A stretch of 64,000 nucleotides of DNA from Flectonema sp. DT1601 (taxonomy: Eukaryota). The stretch spans positions 682,001 through 746,000 of the forward strand of contig OZ025806.1 of the NCBI GenBank assembly GCA_964019425.1, written 5' to 3'. This document shows positions 22,577 to 32,574 of the stretch, in pieces; position 1 is the first letter of the stretch; each line of letters opens with the position of its first letter. Under the pieces are notes generated by a model, which ran no database searches, was not told the DNA's origin, and saw only the letters and a program-made list of their open reading frames with translations. The translations under genes were made by a program, and so were the position numbers.

Positions 22577-24185
22577 CACCTACAATGGCCCCACCTGCAA
22601 TCCCAACGTTGATGCCAGCAACGATCTCAAAGGTATCACAATTGGAACCTCCGACTGTACATCAAAGTGTGATTCAATCTATGAAAACGATACAATTACC
22701 GATTGTATCACCATTGGATCTGGATCATAATGATGTGGATATGATCGATATGCCGTCACCAGCAACAGTACAACTGGATACGGACACTGACATGGTAATG
22801 GAAACTATGTCACCAGAGACGCAGGAATCACCGGAGCATAGATATGCTGGCTTAATGACTCCATCCAAAGACAGGATGGAGTCACCACCAATAACTCCGA
22901 TTAAGATTAAGACTCCACTGAAAATAAAGACGCCTCTGAAGATCGAAACTCCGACTAAAATAATTCCACAAACCCAACAAGCATGTTGGGATGGAAAGAA
23001 CCTCGAATTAATACGAAGTTTGTCAAAAGAAAGACAGTTGGAGAAAATAGTCACCACATACAGACTAAGATCAACTACACCACAAACAGTAGCCAGGAAG
23101 ATGGAAACACCACCTACTGTAAGCAGTAAAGCCACGAATTCCGGAACAACAATACCGATTACACCACAAAAGGTATCAAGAGTACTAACATACACAGATA
23201 CAGAGAATATCGGTAAAACTTGCAAATATTGCAATAAATCCTGGAAGTCATTTATTGACCATATCAATAAATGTGGAATATTCAGAGCATCAAAAGAATA
23301 TCCAACATATGTTGATGAAGATGATAACACTTCATTTACGGTCACTGAATACAAAACGGATCCTCGAAATAGTATTGTAACTGTTACAAAAGATGAGACA
23401 GAAACTCATATGTTATCTATCAAAAAGAATGGCAAGTTGGCAACACAAACGGTCGCCGATGAACCAGAGAGAAGCAGTAACAAGAGACTGAACTCACAGA
23501 GTCCAATGCGAATTGTGAGAATCAAAAAATACCTGAGCAACCGGAAAAGGCTTAAAAATGAGTGTACTGAACATAAGTTGGCACAGAAAATGAAACTTAA
23601 AGAAGTACAAAAACAGAAATTAGCAAAGGGAAAGGAAAAGAAGAAACTGAAATTGGTAAAAAGACTCAACTCGCAGAGTCCAATGAGACCGATGCTCAGA
23701 AGAAATACTCGAAAGAAAAGAAGCAAACAAGATGAACATGATTCTTCAGATGATATGAGTATTTCACAGAGATCTTCAACTCCAGATATCCCTGATGCTA
23801 AGGAACAATTATCAGACTTTGATAATTAAAAACACTTTCTACATTTATTGTAGAAAAGTGCTCCACTAGTAGTGAGCTACGAACTAGTAACAGCAAAAAA
23901 TATGTTTTTTTATTTATGAACATGAAACACAAAGTAACTACATTCCAGTCCTGCAAACTGGAATGACTCAGTCACAACATTTGACTGACTTACTTCTACA
24001 CCATACTGATGAGAGAGAATAGAGGTAAGAGGTATATGGATTACTCTCGAAACCTATAGTTACTTTAATATGCTAAGTTGCGCATCACCCTTAGTCACTG
24101 TATTTAAAACTAATGTTAAATTATCTTTATGTTTTTATGATACAACACAGTTGTAATTTTTACAAAATCGAACATACATCCCCCC
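22577..24185 (+). repeat. Upstream pseudo-LTR (5'-truncated tandem copy of the element's 3' end)
   Basis: Nearly identical to 30670-32280: about five substitutions and one 1-nt T-run indel seen by eye. Contains ORF 22585-23829, which equals the last 414 aa of the element protein. Confidence 0.95.
24001..24066 (+). ncRNA. Putative hammerhead ribozyme, non-canonical topology (copy 1)
   Basis: CCAUA-CUGAUGA-GAGAG...AGGUA^UAUGG..CUCUC-GAAA-CCU: all core nucleotides are present and stems I, II and III can be paired. Confidence 0.7.
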
Positions 24186-25274
24186 ATCACTCTATGCCCA
24201 GATTTTAGCTTGACTAAAATCCGTTGTGAGTAGAGTACAGTGGTAAGTAACGCAAGAAGACTTACTACAAGTGCAATGCACTTAGGACGTGTATCCATAT
24301 TACGGCATCGTCAATGATGGTTACTATACGTCCAGATGCACAAACTTTTTTGGCAACTTAGCAGCAACAACAGCAGATTAAGTACTATTTATTATAATAA
24401 TATTCCTATTCTTCTTCACTTTAAAATCGGGTGAGTCGCACCACCGTGCTCAGCAGGAGAGGGAGCGAGGGCCCACCAGGGGCTAGTGCCGAAGAGAATA
24501 GGATATATTATTATTTATAAATACACTTACGAATGTATAATCAAATCCGAAAATTGAAAAGGAAAGGAAATGTAGAAATATTTAAGAAAGTGTTTAGTGT
24601 ATGCAGCCCCCTTTTACTTACAATCACAGAGGGTACCGTACAAATTCGATTTTATAATCCAAATCGATAGCTTTAGAATATACCAACCAACAAGGTAGAC
24701 TGCATTAGCTTGGATTCTTTAGTAGGTGCTGAGGCCACGTGATGAACAATCAACCAATTTTATTATACGATAAACCAAAATAAAATAAAATAATGTTAAT
24801 GGAGAAGTCATAAAAAATGAAGCCTATACATCAGTCGATTGATGTAAGTACGTTAAAAAGTCATTGAAAAACAAGGTTCGTAATAGCAATAACACGCACG
24901 CAGACTGACCACTTAATGTACACTCCAAAACCAAATTAATGCGGTGTATGCAACTAGCCAGCAGTAAGATCTTCACCAACAAGCATTGAAAAAACGGGGT
25001 AATGAAATAAGCTGGACATTACGTATATATTTGTATACCGTTAATCTTAGGTAGTATGCTTAATGTAATTAGGTATCATTCTTAGACGCCCAACAAATAG
25101 AAAGCCTCCGAACAACTCGGTAGTTGTAACAAATCTCAAATTAAAACTAAGAAGGATTATAAAGGCTCCCTCTCTTCCCTCCAAAACAACTCAAATAACG
25201 AAAAAACCAAAACACCGGACTGGATCAAGACAAAGGATTTAGATTATACATATAGACCGAAGAGTAGAGTACCA

Positions 25275-28200
25275 ATGTGGTTTGCACAATGGCTAGAAAC
25301 TATTCCAAGGTTTCGAAAAAATTCGAAAAAAGAAGAAAAAAGCAATGGAACTAAAAAGAATGTACCGCAAAGAGTCTCCCAAGGAGCAAAAAGGCACAAA
25401 AAACCGAATCAAAAGGCCCATGATCAAAAGAAATCATACGCGGATATTCTTAAAGGCAAACAAACACATGTAGTTCCGCATGGAAACAGGCAACATGTAA
25501 ACAAACAAGTAGCAAGTAAGCCACGCATTGTTCCGAATAAGATAAAGGAAAAGCAAGTGACACATCAGAAGGTTATCACAGCACCAATTGTCAAAAGTAA
25601 ACCGAAGAGTAAAACTGATAACAATATGATGGTCAGGGCAAAAAATATAAAACCCGGATACGAAAAAAACACAATTAAACGGGGCCGGTCGAACAGACCA
25701 GTTAAAGCTACAGAGAGACAGAAGACGAAGGAACAACCGAAGCCTAAACAAAGGAAAGCTTCGAGTAGAAGTAGATCTAAACCTAAGAATATACAGGTAA
25801 AACTGCAACCTAATACAAAAGGGAGATTGGATCAAACGAACAAAAATTCTAAAAAGAAGAAAAAGGCAAACGAGTTTCAAATAGTACCCGAAAAGGGGAA
25901 GAAAAACAGAAAACCAGTAGTTCATCGCAACAATACTGGCTTCCACAGTGCTGTGTTCAATAGATATGAGATCATTGAACGTGGTGCACGTCGATCAAAA
26001 GATCACGAAGAACAAAGGAGAGAAGCTCTACAAATTTTCAATATAACCCATAAAAAAACATTGGAAGTAGGGCGAAGACATCGACGTATCAGGGAACCTG
26101 TCGACCTTGATTCGGACGAAACAGGAGTAATCTATGCACTCATAGATGAAAAAGGTTCCGCAAGATATGTCGGACAAACCTCCAACACCGCATCACACAG
26201 AGAACGTGGGCATTGGTACTCCCGTCACTCAAAGGGAACAACCATCTCCAAGTTCATTAGAAAAAGAGGAAGTCCTCTATTCGCAGCAACACTGGAAAAA
26301 GTGAACATCTGCAGCAGTTTAATGAAAACTGCATTTCGTACAGCAGCAAATCCGGCAGAATCGTTTTGGATACAGCATCTAAATCCACAAACGAATATGT
26401 TCAGAATGCCAAATAAGGCATATGTCGGAAAGCCACTAAAGACGGGAAGTGAAGTACAAAACCGGAGAATACCGGAAAAACGAGAACCGTCAATCCCAAA
26501 AAAGTGGTATCATTTGGAAGGAGACACTCTGATAGTAGATACTGAACCAGGTAAATACGTTGGTATCAGAAAACAAATACAGAGCCTGATCGACTTACCA
26601 AAGATCAATGAGGATGCTATAGCCAAGTGGTCAATTAATAGAACTCAAAGGTTGCTAGCATGGATCATCGACCATATCCAAGCGTCTCATCAAGAAATTG
26701 ATATCATCAGTCAGATAATCTTAGCACTTAAAGATAGATTATCAGACAAGAAAAAAGATACAGAGACGAAAAGGATATCAAAACTCGGATCAACATGGCT
26801 TAAAATTCGGTTTGTACACCCTTTGATTGAGAAATTGGATCTCAAAAGGGTATTCACATGCAAACAGGCGTTACTCCTCGCCAAAGAACGAGCAGAAATA
26901 CTTCCGACAATGAAAGTGTCAAGATACTTGACAACTAAGTTGGAGGATGTGCTATGTGACCGTGCCAATGATAGTTCAACAGACAACGCACAAGAAGAAC
27001 TATGTGATCCTGAGACATGTAAATGTCATGTATTCATAAAGAAAGAATACAGAGAAGAAGAAAAACATGTGATCACACACTCATCAAAGCTGAATATATC
27101 CAACAGACTTAAGATGTTATTATCGAGAGGTGCTAGATATAGACTCTTTGAGGATCCGAAAACTGTCACGGAAGAAGTAATGTACGCTATAGATGAATAC
27201 ATCATGCATTACTTCCCAGATGAGAAATACGAACCTCTATGTATTTTTTTAAAAAAGGCGGCAAAAAATCAAATCGGAAAGCTACCGCAGATGGATGTTA
27301 TTGATGAATTCAAACAAGTACAGAAGGAACTGAAGGAAATTAAAAAACATTTGATTTTTACCAGAATCGACAAAACGACACACGATCTGGCAGTATGTTG
27401 TAAGAAATACTACAACACAAAACTAAACGAGCACATCGGTAACAGAATTGTGTACGCAGAGGTTCCGAAAGATCAGATAAATCCAACGATGAAAAGGATC
27501 GAAGACATCAACAAGAAACATGGTTTCAGAAATACGGAAAATTTGCCATATTTATATGGAAATCCGAAGATGCATAAAGACCCTCCGAAGTTTAGATTCA
27601 TAGCTGGAACTTCGAACAAAACACTGGATGTCAAATACATCAACTCTAAGGTAATGCCTGCGCCCTTCACAGCCACAACAGACATGTCAAAGGAAATGTC
27701 TGGGATACTTAAGACTTTCATGGAAATAGTTAAAAAAGCTGAAAAAGTGGAATACGAAACAACGAATATAAGAAAGTATTTTATAATTCAGAATGTAGAT
27801 GAAGTTGCACAGTACATCAAAAGCAACTACTCAACTCTCCAACAAATGAAGGTAAAGACATATGATTTCTCAGATATGTACACGAACCTCCCCCATGATA
27901 AGATTAAAAAAGTTATCAACGAATTAATCAGCAAGTACATGGACGGGCAGATAATGGTTAGAGACAAAAGAAGTGGAATTGGTAAAGACTTTTACCTTGA
28001 CAAAAGCTACGATAAAGATGTTCAAGTAGGATACGAAGAGAGCAAAGTTAAAGAATTACTCAGCACGATTCTATCTAATGCTTACATTAAGAATGGAGAA
28101 CTTATGCTCAAACAAAGCCATGGAATACCGATGGGTTCTCAATGCTCACCACATATTGCGAACTTATACTGCTTTGGCATTGAAAAACAATGGGTGGAAA

Positions 28201-31200
28201 ACGTCATTTCACAGAAAGGTATTGGGGCAGCGATAAATAACAAAATCATATTCAGATACATTGATGATTTTTTAATTTTCAGCCACAATGACCCAAGCCC
28301 ACCACCGAGTGAGATGTATAAAATGTCATATACAGATACATCAATGGGCAACAACGATGTAGTATTCCTTGGGATGAGAATCCGGTTGGAAGAAAGGCCG
28401 AGAGGACACCCGTTCGTACGACTTTCAATATGGGATAAAGAAAATCTGTTTAATTTCCAACCCATTAAGTATACCAGTTCGGAATCCAACGCACCGAAAA
28501 GCCTAGGACCAGGTATTCTAAAAGGTGCCATGTACAGAGCCGCTACTAATATCAATAACGATTTCGACTTATACCTTGAAATTGAGAAAGTGCTATACCG
28601 TCTGAGAAGTCGCGGATACTCGAAAAACAGTCTGTTCCCCCAATACAAAGACTTTGTACTGGGTACATACTGGGATTTCCCAAAACAAAGGGAAAGTCTT
28701 CATCATCATTTCTTTGAAATCAATCGGAAATATGACAACGGAAGACCAGTATCGAAAGAAAAACAGACAATCCAACAACATTATAAAGTCAATGGAAGGG
28801 ATGACATTTATAATATGTTGTTGGACAAGAGAATTGGATATGCGAAATTAAGGAGGAATGACAATACATTGGTGACATCATTTAAAATTGCCAGTCAAGC
28901 GATTATTAAAAACAAGAAGGAATGTCAGCAATGCAAAGCTATAATCTCTGACGACACTGAATCACTGGTCAATGATATCAACATTAAATATCACACTGGA
29001 ATATTCAAAACAGCAAAATTCTACAAGGAATTTAAAGAGATATTGCCTATCAATGTCAGTATCCTTTCATACAAAAAGGGTATAACAACTCGAGTAGTAG
29101 TCAACAAAGATAACAATCACGAATGTCACATGTTGATCGGATGTACGGAAGGTGGATTTTTCTTTCCAATTACAGCAAGATACACGGAAAAGGAAATTCA
29201 AAGTCAGCTACTCGAAAAGAAGGATCCAGAAAAATCCGATATCGCTGACAACACGTCGAAAGACTTGAAAGTAGTACAAAAGGAGCAGAAGTCAGAAGAG
29301 TCTGGAAAAACTGAAGTACCAAACGAAGATTATTGGTCCACCTTCATTGATAATAAATTCCCTATTACGATGCACACGCAACCAGCAGAAGGACTTCGTA
29401 GTGGGGAATGTGGCTGGGCAACTGTTAACTTCATAGCAGATCACCTCAAAACTGAAAGAATCAGAATATCAAAGATGTTTAAGATTCAATTCCGACTCGC
29501 AGAGCAAGAGCTTAAGTTAATTGGAGAGAACTTGATGTTCTCATTTAACCCAGATGGTTGGTTTCATCAGATAGTTATTTATGAAACAATAAGAATATAT
29601 CTGGGACTAGAAGTAACACATGTGACAACCCATGAACAGCTGAAAACAATCACAGTAGGTCCAACAGAACAAGAAACTATTGTCATTCCATACATCATAG
29701 TGTCACGTAGAGCAGCCTACACACATTACATCGTCTTTATTGATATAAATTCTAAATACAAGGGATTTGATATAATCAATCCAACTCCAGATTGTAATGG
29801 GATAGAAGATATCATGACGAAGTATCCGTTGAAGGAATACGAATACCACGTTGTAATGAAAACAACGAAAGATATTCCTCCAATAGACTTGTCTGCACTG
29901 GCAATAACAGAGTCACCAGCAAAGGATAATTCCACAACAAAAACTACAGAAGTGGAAATTAAAAAATTCACGGACGAGGAGGATGTAACAGATCTTGAGA
30001 CAATGATTTCGGCAATCGAAAAAGCGGACAAAATGAAGCCCAAATCGACACCGGGAAAAGTCAATAAGATAGAGATAAGGGCCGTATCACCACCAAAGAT
30101 ATGCCAGGATAATATACCGACCCTGTACATATCGCCGATGGTGAAGATACCACCATTACCAGTACTACTATCACCAGTGTTACCAAGACCATCAATAATT
30201 CCAATGACAATACCAATAACGATACCGAAGATAATAAAAATGGAACCTTCGGTAATGCAAAAAATTATATCGCTACCATCAAATAGTTTTCAGAAGACGC
30301 TAGTCACTGTAAATAATGCACTTACGGTAGCCCCACCAGCAATCCCGACATTGATGCCAGCAACGATTTCAAAGGTATCACAATTGGCACCGCCGACTGT
30401 ACTTCAAAAGAAGACACAAGTCATTGCAAATGATGAACTCACACAGGTCCCGCCGATAATTCCAACAATGATACCAACACCAATTACAAATTTATCACAA
30501 TCGACACCGTCAATTGTACTTCAAAAGAATACACAAGTCAGTGCGAGTGATGCACTTACACAGGCCCCGCCGATAATTCCAACGCTGATGCCAGCAAGGA
30601 TTTCAAAAATATCACAATTAGCACCGCCGACTGTAATTCAGAAGAAGACACAAGTTATTGCAAATGAGACACCTACAATGGCCCCACCTGCAATCCCAAC
30701 GTTGATGCCAGCAACGATCTCAAAGGTATCACAATTGGAACCTCCAACTGTACATCAAAGTGTGATTCAATCTATGAAAACGATACAATTACCGATTGTA
30801 TCACCATTGGATCTGGATCATAATGATGTGGATATGATCGATATGCCGTCACCAGCAACAGTACAACTGGATACGGACACTGACATGGTAATGGAAACTA
30901 TGTCACCAGAGACGCAGGAATCACCGGAGCATAGATATGCTGGCGTAATGACTCCATCCAAAGACAGGATGGAGTCACCACCAATAACTCCGATTAAGAT
31001 TAAGACTCCACTGAAAATAAAGACGCCTCTGAAGATCGAAACTCCGACTAAAATAATTCCACAAACCCAACAAGCATGTTGGGATGGAAAGAACCTCGAA
31101 TTAATACGAAGTTTGTCAAAAGAAAGACAGTTGGAGAAAATAGTCACCACATACAGACTAAGATCAACTACACCACAAACAGTAGCCAGGAAGATGGAAA

Positions 31201-31922
31201 CACCACCTACTGTAAGCAGTAAAGCCACGAATTCCGGAACAACAATACCGATTACACCACAAAAGGTATCAAGAGTACTAACATACACAGATACAGAGAA
31301 TATCGGTAAAACTTGCAAATATTGCAATAAATCCTGGAAGTCATTTATTGACCATATCAATAAATGTGGAATATTCAGAGCATCAAAAGAATATCCAACA
31401 TATGTTGATGAAGATGATAACACTTCATTTACGGTCACTGAATACAAAACGGATCCTCGAAATAGTATTGTAACTGTTACAAAAGATGAGACAGAAACTC
31501 ATATGTTATCTATCAAAAAGAATGGCAAGTTGGCAACACAAACGGTCGCTGATGAACCAGAGAGAAGCAGTAACAAGAGACTGAACTCACAGAGTCCAAT
31601 GCGAATTGTGAGAATCAAAAAATACCTGAGCAACCGGAAAAGGCTTAAAAATGAGTGTACTGAACATAAGTTGGCACAGAAAATGAAACTTAAAGAAGTA
31701 CAAAAACAGAAATTAGCAAAGGGAAAGGAAAAGAAGAAACTGAAATTGGTAAAAAGACTCAACTCGCAGAGTCCAATGAGACCGATGCTCAGAAGAAATA
31801 CTCGAAAGAAAAGAAGCAAACAAGATGAACATGATTCTTCAGATGATATGAGTATTTCACAGAGATCTTCAACTCCAGATATCCCTGATGCTAAGGAACA
31901 ATTATCAGACTTTGATAATTAA
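25275..31922 (+). CDS. PLE polyprotein: basic N-terminus, GIY-YIG endonuclease, CxC linker, reverse transcriptase, OTU-like remnant, Josephin-like protease, 39-aa repeats, C2HC zinc finger
   Basis: GVIYALID..ARYVGQT..HRERGH..AESFWIQHL..N (26124-26397); TCKCH (~27015-27029); RT motifs PYLYGNPKMHK..FRFI, TYDFSDMYTNLPH, GIPMGSQCSPHIANLY, FRYIDD (YIDD at 28257-28268), VFLGM; CKYCNKSWKSFIDHINKC. Confidence 0.93.
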   Translation: MWFAQWLETIPRFRKNSKKEEKSNGTKKNVPQRVSQGAKRHKKPNQKAHDQKKSYADILKGKQTHVVPHGNRQHVNKQVASKPRIVPNKIKEKQVTHQKVITAPIVKSKPKSKTDNNMMVRAKNIKPGYEKNTIKRGRSNRPVKATERQKTKEQPKPKQRKASSRSRSKPKNIQVKLQPNTKGRLDQTNKNSKKKKKANEFQIVPEKGKKNRKPVVHRNNTGFHSAVFNRYEIIERGARRSKDHEEQRREALQIFNITHKKTLEVGRRHRRIREPVDLDSDETGVIYALIDEKGSARYVGQTSNTASHRERGHWYSRHSKGTTISKFIRKRGSPLFAATLEKVNICSSLMKTAFRTAANPAESFWIQHLNPQTNMFRMPNKAYVGKPLKTGSEVQNRRIPEKREPSIPKKWYHLEGDTLIVDTEPGKYVGIRKQIQSLIDLPKINEDAIAKWSINRTQRLLAWIIDHIQASHQEIDIISQIILALKDRLSDKKKDTETKRISKLGSTWLKIRFVHPLIEKLDLKRVFTCKQALLLAKERAEILPTMKVSRYLTTKLEDVLCDRANDSSTDNAQEELCDPETCKCHVFIKKEYREEEKHVITHSSKLNISNRLKMLLSRGARYRLFEDPKTVTEEVMYAIDEYIMHYFPDEKYEPLCIFLKKAAKNQIGKLPQMDVIDEFKQVQKELKEIKKHLIFTRIDKTTHDLAVCCKKYYNTKLNEHIGNRIVYAEVPKDQINPTMKRIEDINKKHGFRNTENLPYLYGNPKMHKDPPKFRFIAGTSNKTLDVKYINSKVMPAPFTATTDMSKEMSGILKTFMEIVKKAEKVEYETTNIRKYFIIQNVDEVAQYIKSNYSTLQQMKVKTYDFSDMYTNLPHDKIKKVINELISKYMDGQIMVRDKRSGIGKDFYLDKSYDKDVQVGYEESKVKELLSTILSNAYIKNGELMLKQSHGIPMGSQCSPHIANLYCFGIEKQWVENVISQKGIGAAINNKIIFRYIDDFLIFSHNDPSPPPSEMYKMSYTDTSMGNNDVVFLGMRIRLEERPRGHPFVRLSIWDKENLFNFQPIKYTSSESNAPKSLGPGILKGAMYRAATNINNDFDLYLEIEKVLYRLRSRGYSKNSLFPQYKDFVLGTYWDFPKQRESLHHHFFEINRKYDNGRPVSKEKQTIQQHYKVNGRDDIYNMLLDKRIGYAKLRRNDNTLVTSFKIASQAIIKNKKECQQCKAIISDDTESLVNDINIKYHTGIFKTAKFYKEFKEILPINVSILSYKKGITTRVVVNKDNNHECHMLIGCTEGGFFFPITARYTEKEIQSQLLEKKDPEKSDIADNTSKDLKVVQKEQKSEESGKTEVPNEDYWSTFIDNKFPITMHTQPAEGLRSGECGWATVNFIADHLKTERIRISKMFKIQFRLAEQELKLIGENLMFSFNPDGWFHQIVIYETIRIYLGLEVTHVTTHEQLKTITVGPTEQETIVIPYIIVSRRAAYTHYIVFIDINSKYKGFDIINPTPDCNGIEDIMTKYPLKEYEYHVVMKTTKDIPPIDLSALAITESPAKDNSTTKTTEVEIKKFTDEEDVTDLETMISAIEKADKMKPKSTPGKVNKIEIRAVSPPKICQDNIPTLYISPMVKIPPLPVLLSPVLPRPSIIPMTIPITIPKIIKMEPSVMQKIISLPSNSFQKTLVTVNNALTVAPPAIPTLMPATISKVSQLAPPTVLQKKTQVIANDELTQVPPIIPTMIPTPITNLSQSTPSIVLQKNTQVSASDALTQAPPIIPTLMPARISKISQLAPPTVIQKKTQVIANETPTMAPPAIPTLMPATISKVSQLEPPTVHQSVIQSMKTIQLPIVSPLDLDHNDVDMIDMPSPATVQLDTDTDMVMETMSPETQESPEHRYAGVMTPSKDRMESPPITPIKIKTPLKIKTPLKIETPTKIIPQTQQACWDGKNLELIRSLSKERQLEKIVTTYRLRSTTPQTVARKMETPPTVSSKATNSGTTIPITPQKVSRVLTYTDTENIGKTCKYCNKSWKSFIDHINKCGIFRASKEYPTYVDEDDNTSFTVTEYKTDPRNSIVTVTKDETETHMLSIKKNGKLATQTVADEPERSSNKRLNSQSPMRIVRIKKYLSNRKRLKNECTEHKLAQKMKLKEVQKQKLAKGKEKKKLKLVKRLNSQSPMRPMLRRNTRKKRSKQDEHDSSDDMSISQRSSTPDIPDAKEQLSDFDN
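30315..30760 (+). repeat. About four tandem ~117-nt (39-aa) Pro/Thr-rich repeats inside the PLE ORF
   Basis: Repeated APP(A/I)IPTLMPA(T/R)ISK(V/I)SQL(A/E)PPTV.QK.TQV.A.D/E units. Confidence 0.85.
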
Positions 31923-32280
31923 AAACACTTTCTACATTTATTGTAGAAAAGTGCTCCACTAGTAGTGAGCTACGAACTAGTAACAGCAAAAAATATGTTT
32001 TTTTTATTTATGAACATGAAACACAAAGTAACTACATTCCAGTCCTGCAAACTGGAATGACTCAGTCTCAACATTTGACTGACTTACTTCTACACCATAC
32101 TGATGAGAGAGAATAGAGGTAAGAGGTATATGGATTACTCTCGAAACCTATAGTTACTTTAATATGCTAAGTTGCGCATCACCCTTAGTCACTGTATTTA
32201 AAACTAATGTTAAATTATCTTTATGTTTTTATGATACAACACAGTTGTAATTTTTACAAAATCGAACATACAACCCCCCC
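30670..32280 (+). repeat. Downstream pseudo-LTR / 3' end of the full-length PLE
   Basis: Matches 22577-24185; ends ...atcgaacatacaaccccccc. Confidence 0.95.
32095..32160 (+). ncRNA. Putative hammerhead ribozyme, non-canonical topology (copy 2)
   Basis: Identical to 24001-24066; CUGAUGA at 32100-32106, GAAAC at 32143-32147, predicted cut after A32128. Confidence 0.7.
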
Positions 32281-32374
32281 GAGTGAACTTACTTTTATTT
32301 ATTATCTGCTGGTTTACTTCACTTCGTTCCATACTTTCCGATAGCGATGTCTGTTTAGTTTTTTTTGGTAAGAA

Positions 32375-32574
32375 NNNNNNNNNNNNNNNNNNNNNNNNNN
32401 NNNNNNNNNNNNNNNNNNNNNNNNNNNNNNNNNNNNNNNNNNNNNNNNNNNNNNNNNNNNNNNNNNNNNNNNNNNNNNNNNNNNNNNNNNNNNNNNNNNN
32501 NNNNNNNNNNNNNNNNNNNNNNNNNNNNNNNNNNNNNNNNNNNNNNNNNNNNNNNNNNNNNNNNNNNNNNNNNN
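32375..32574. other. Assembly gap (200 N)
   Basis: Run of N. Confidence 0.99.

Larger units (their letters stand above)
22577..32280 (+). mobile_element. Penelope-like retroelement with N-terminal GIY-YIG endonuclease (Naiad/Chlamys-type order), partial-tandem structure with pseudo-LTRs
   Basis: Single 2215-aa ORF with GIY-YIG, CxC and RT; 1.6 kb direct repeats 22577-24185 and 30670-32280; both copies end in a C run. Confidence 0.92.

Noticed and set aside
22585..23829. 414-aa ORF as an independent gene
   Set aside because: It is the duplicated C-terminus of the PLE ORF inside the upstream pseudo-LTR (one L/V difference).
24049..24110. Canonical type I hammerhead using downstream GUU or GUC (cttagtc) as the cleavage site
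   Set aside because: The bases after these triplets cannot pair with CCAUA to form stem I; only the GUA inside loop II satisfies stems I and III.
22577..32280. LTR retrotransposon (long direct repeats)
   Set aside because: The repeats include coding sequence and lack TG..CA ends; no gag, integrase or RNase H is seen; the RT and GIY-YIG are PLE-type.
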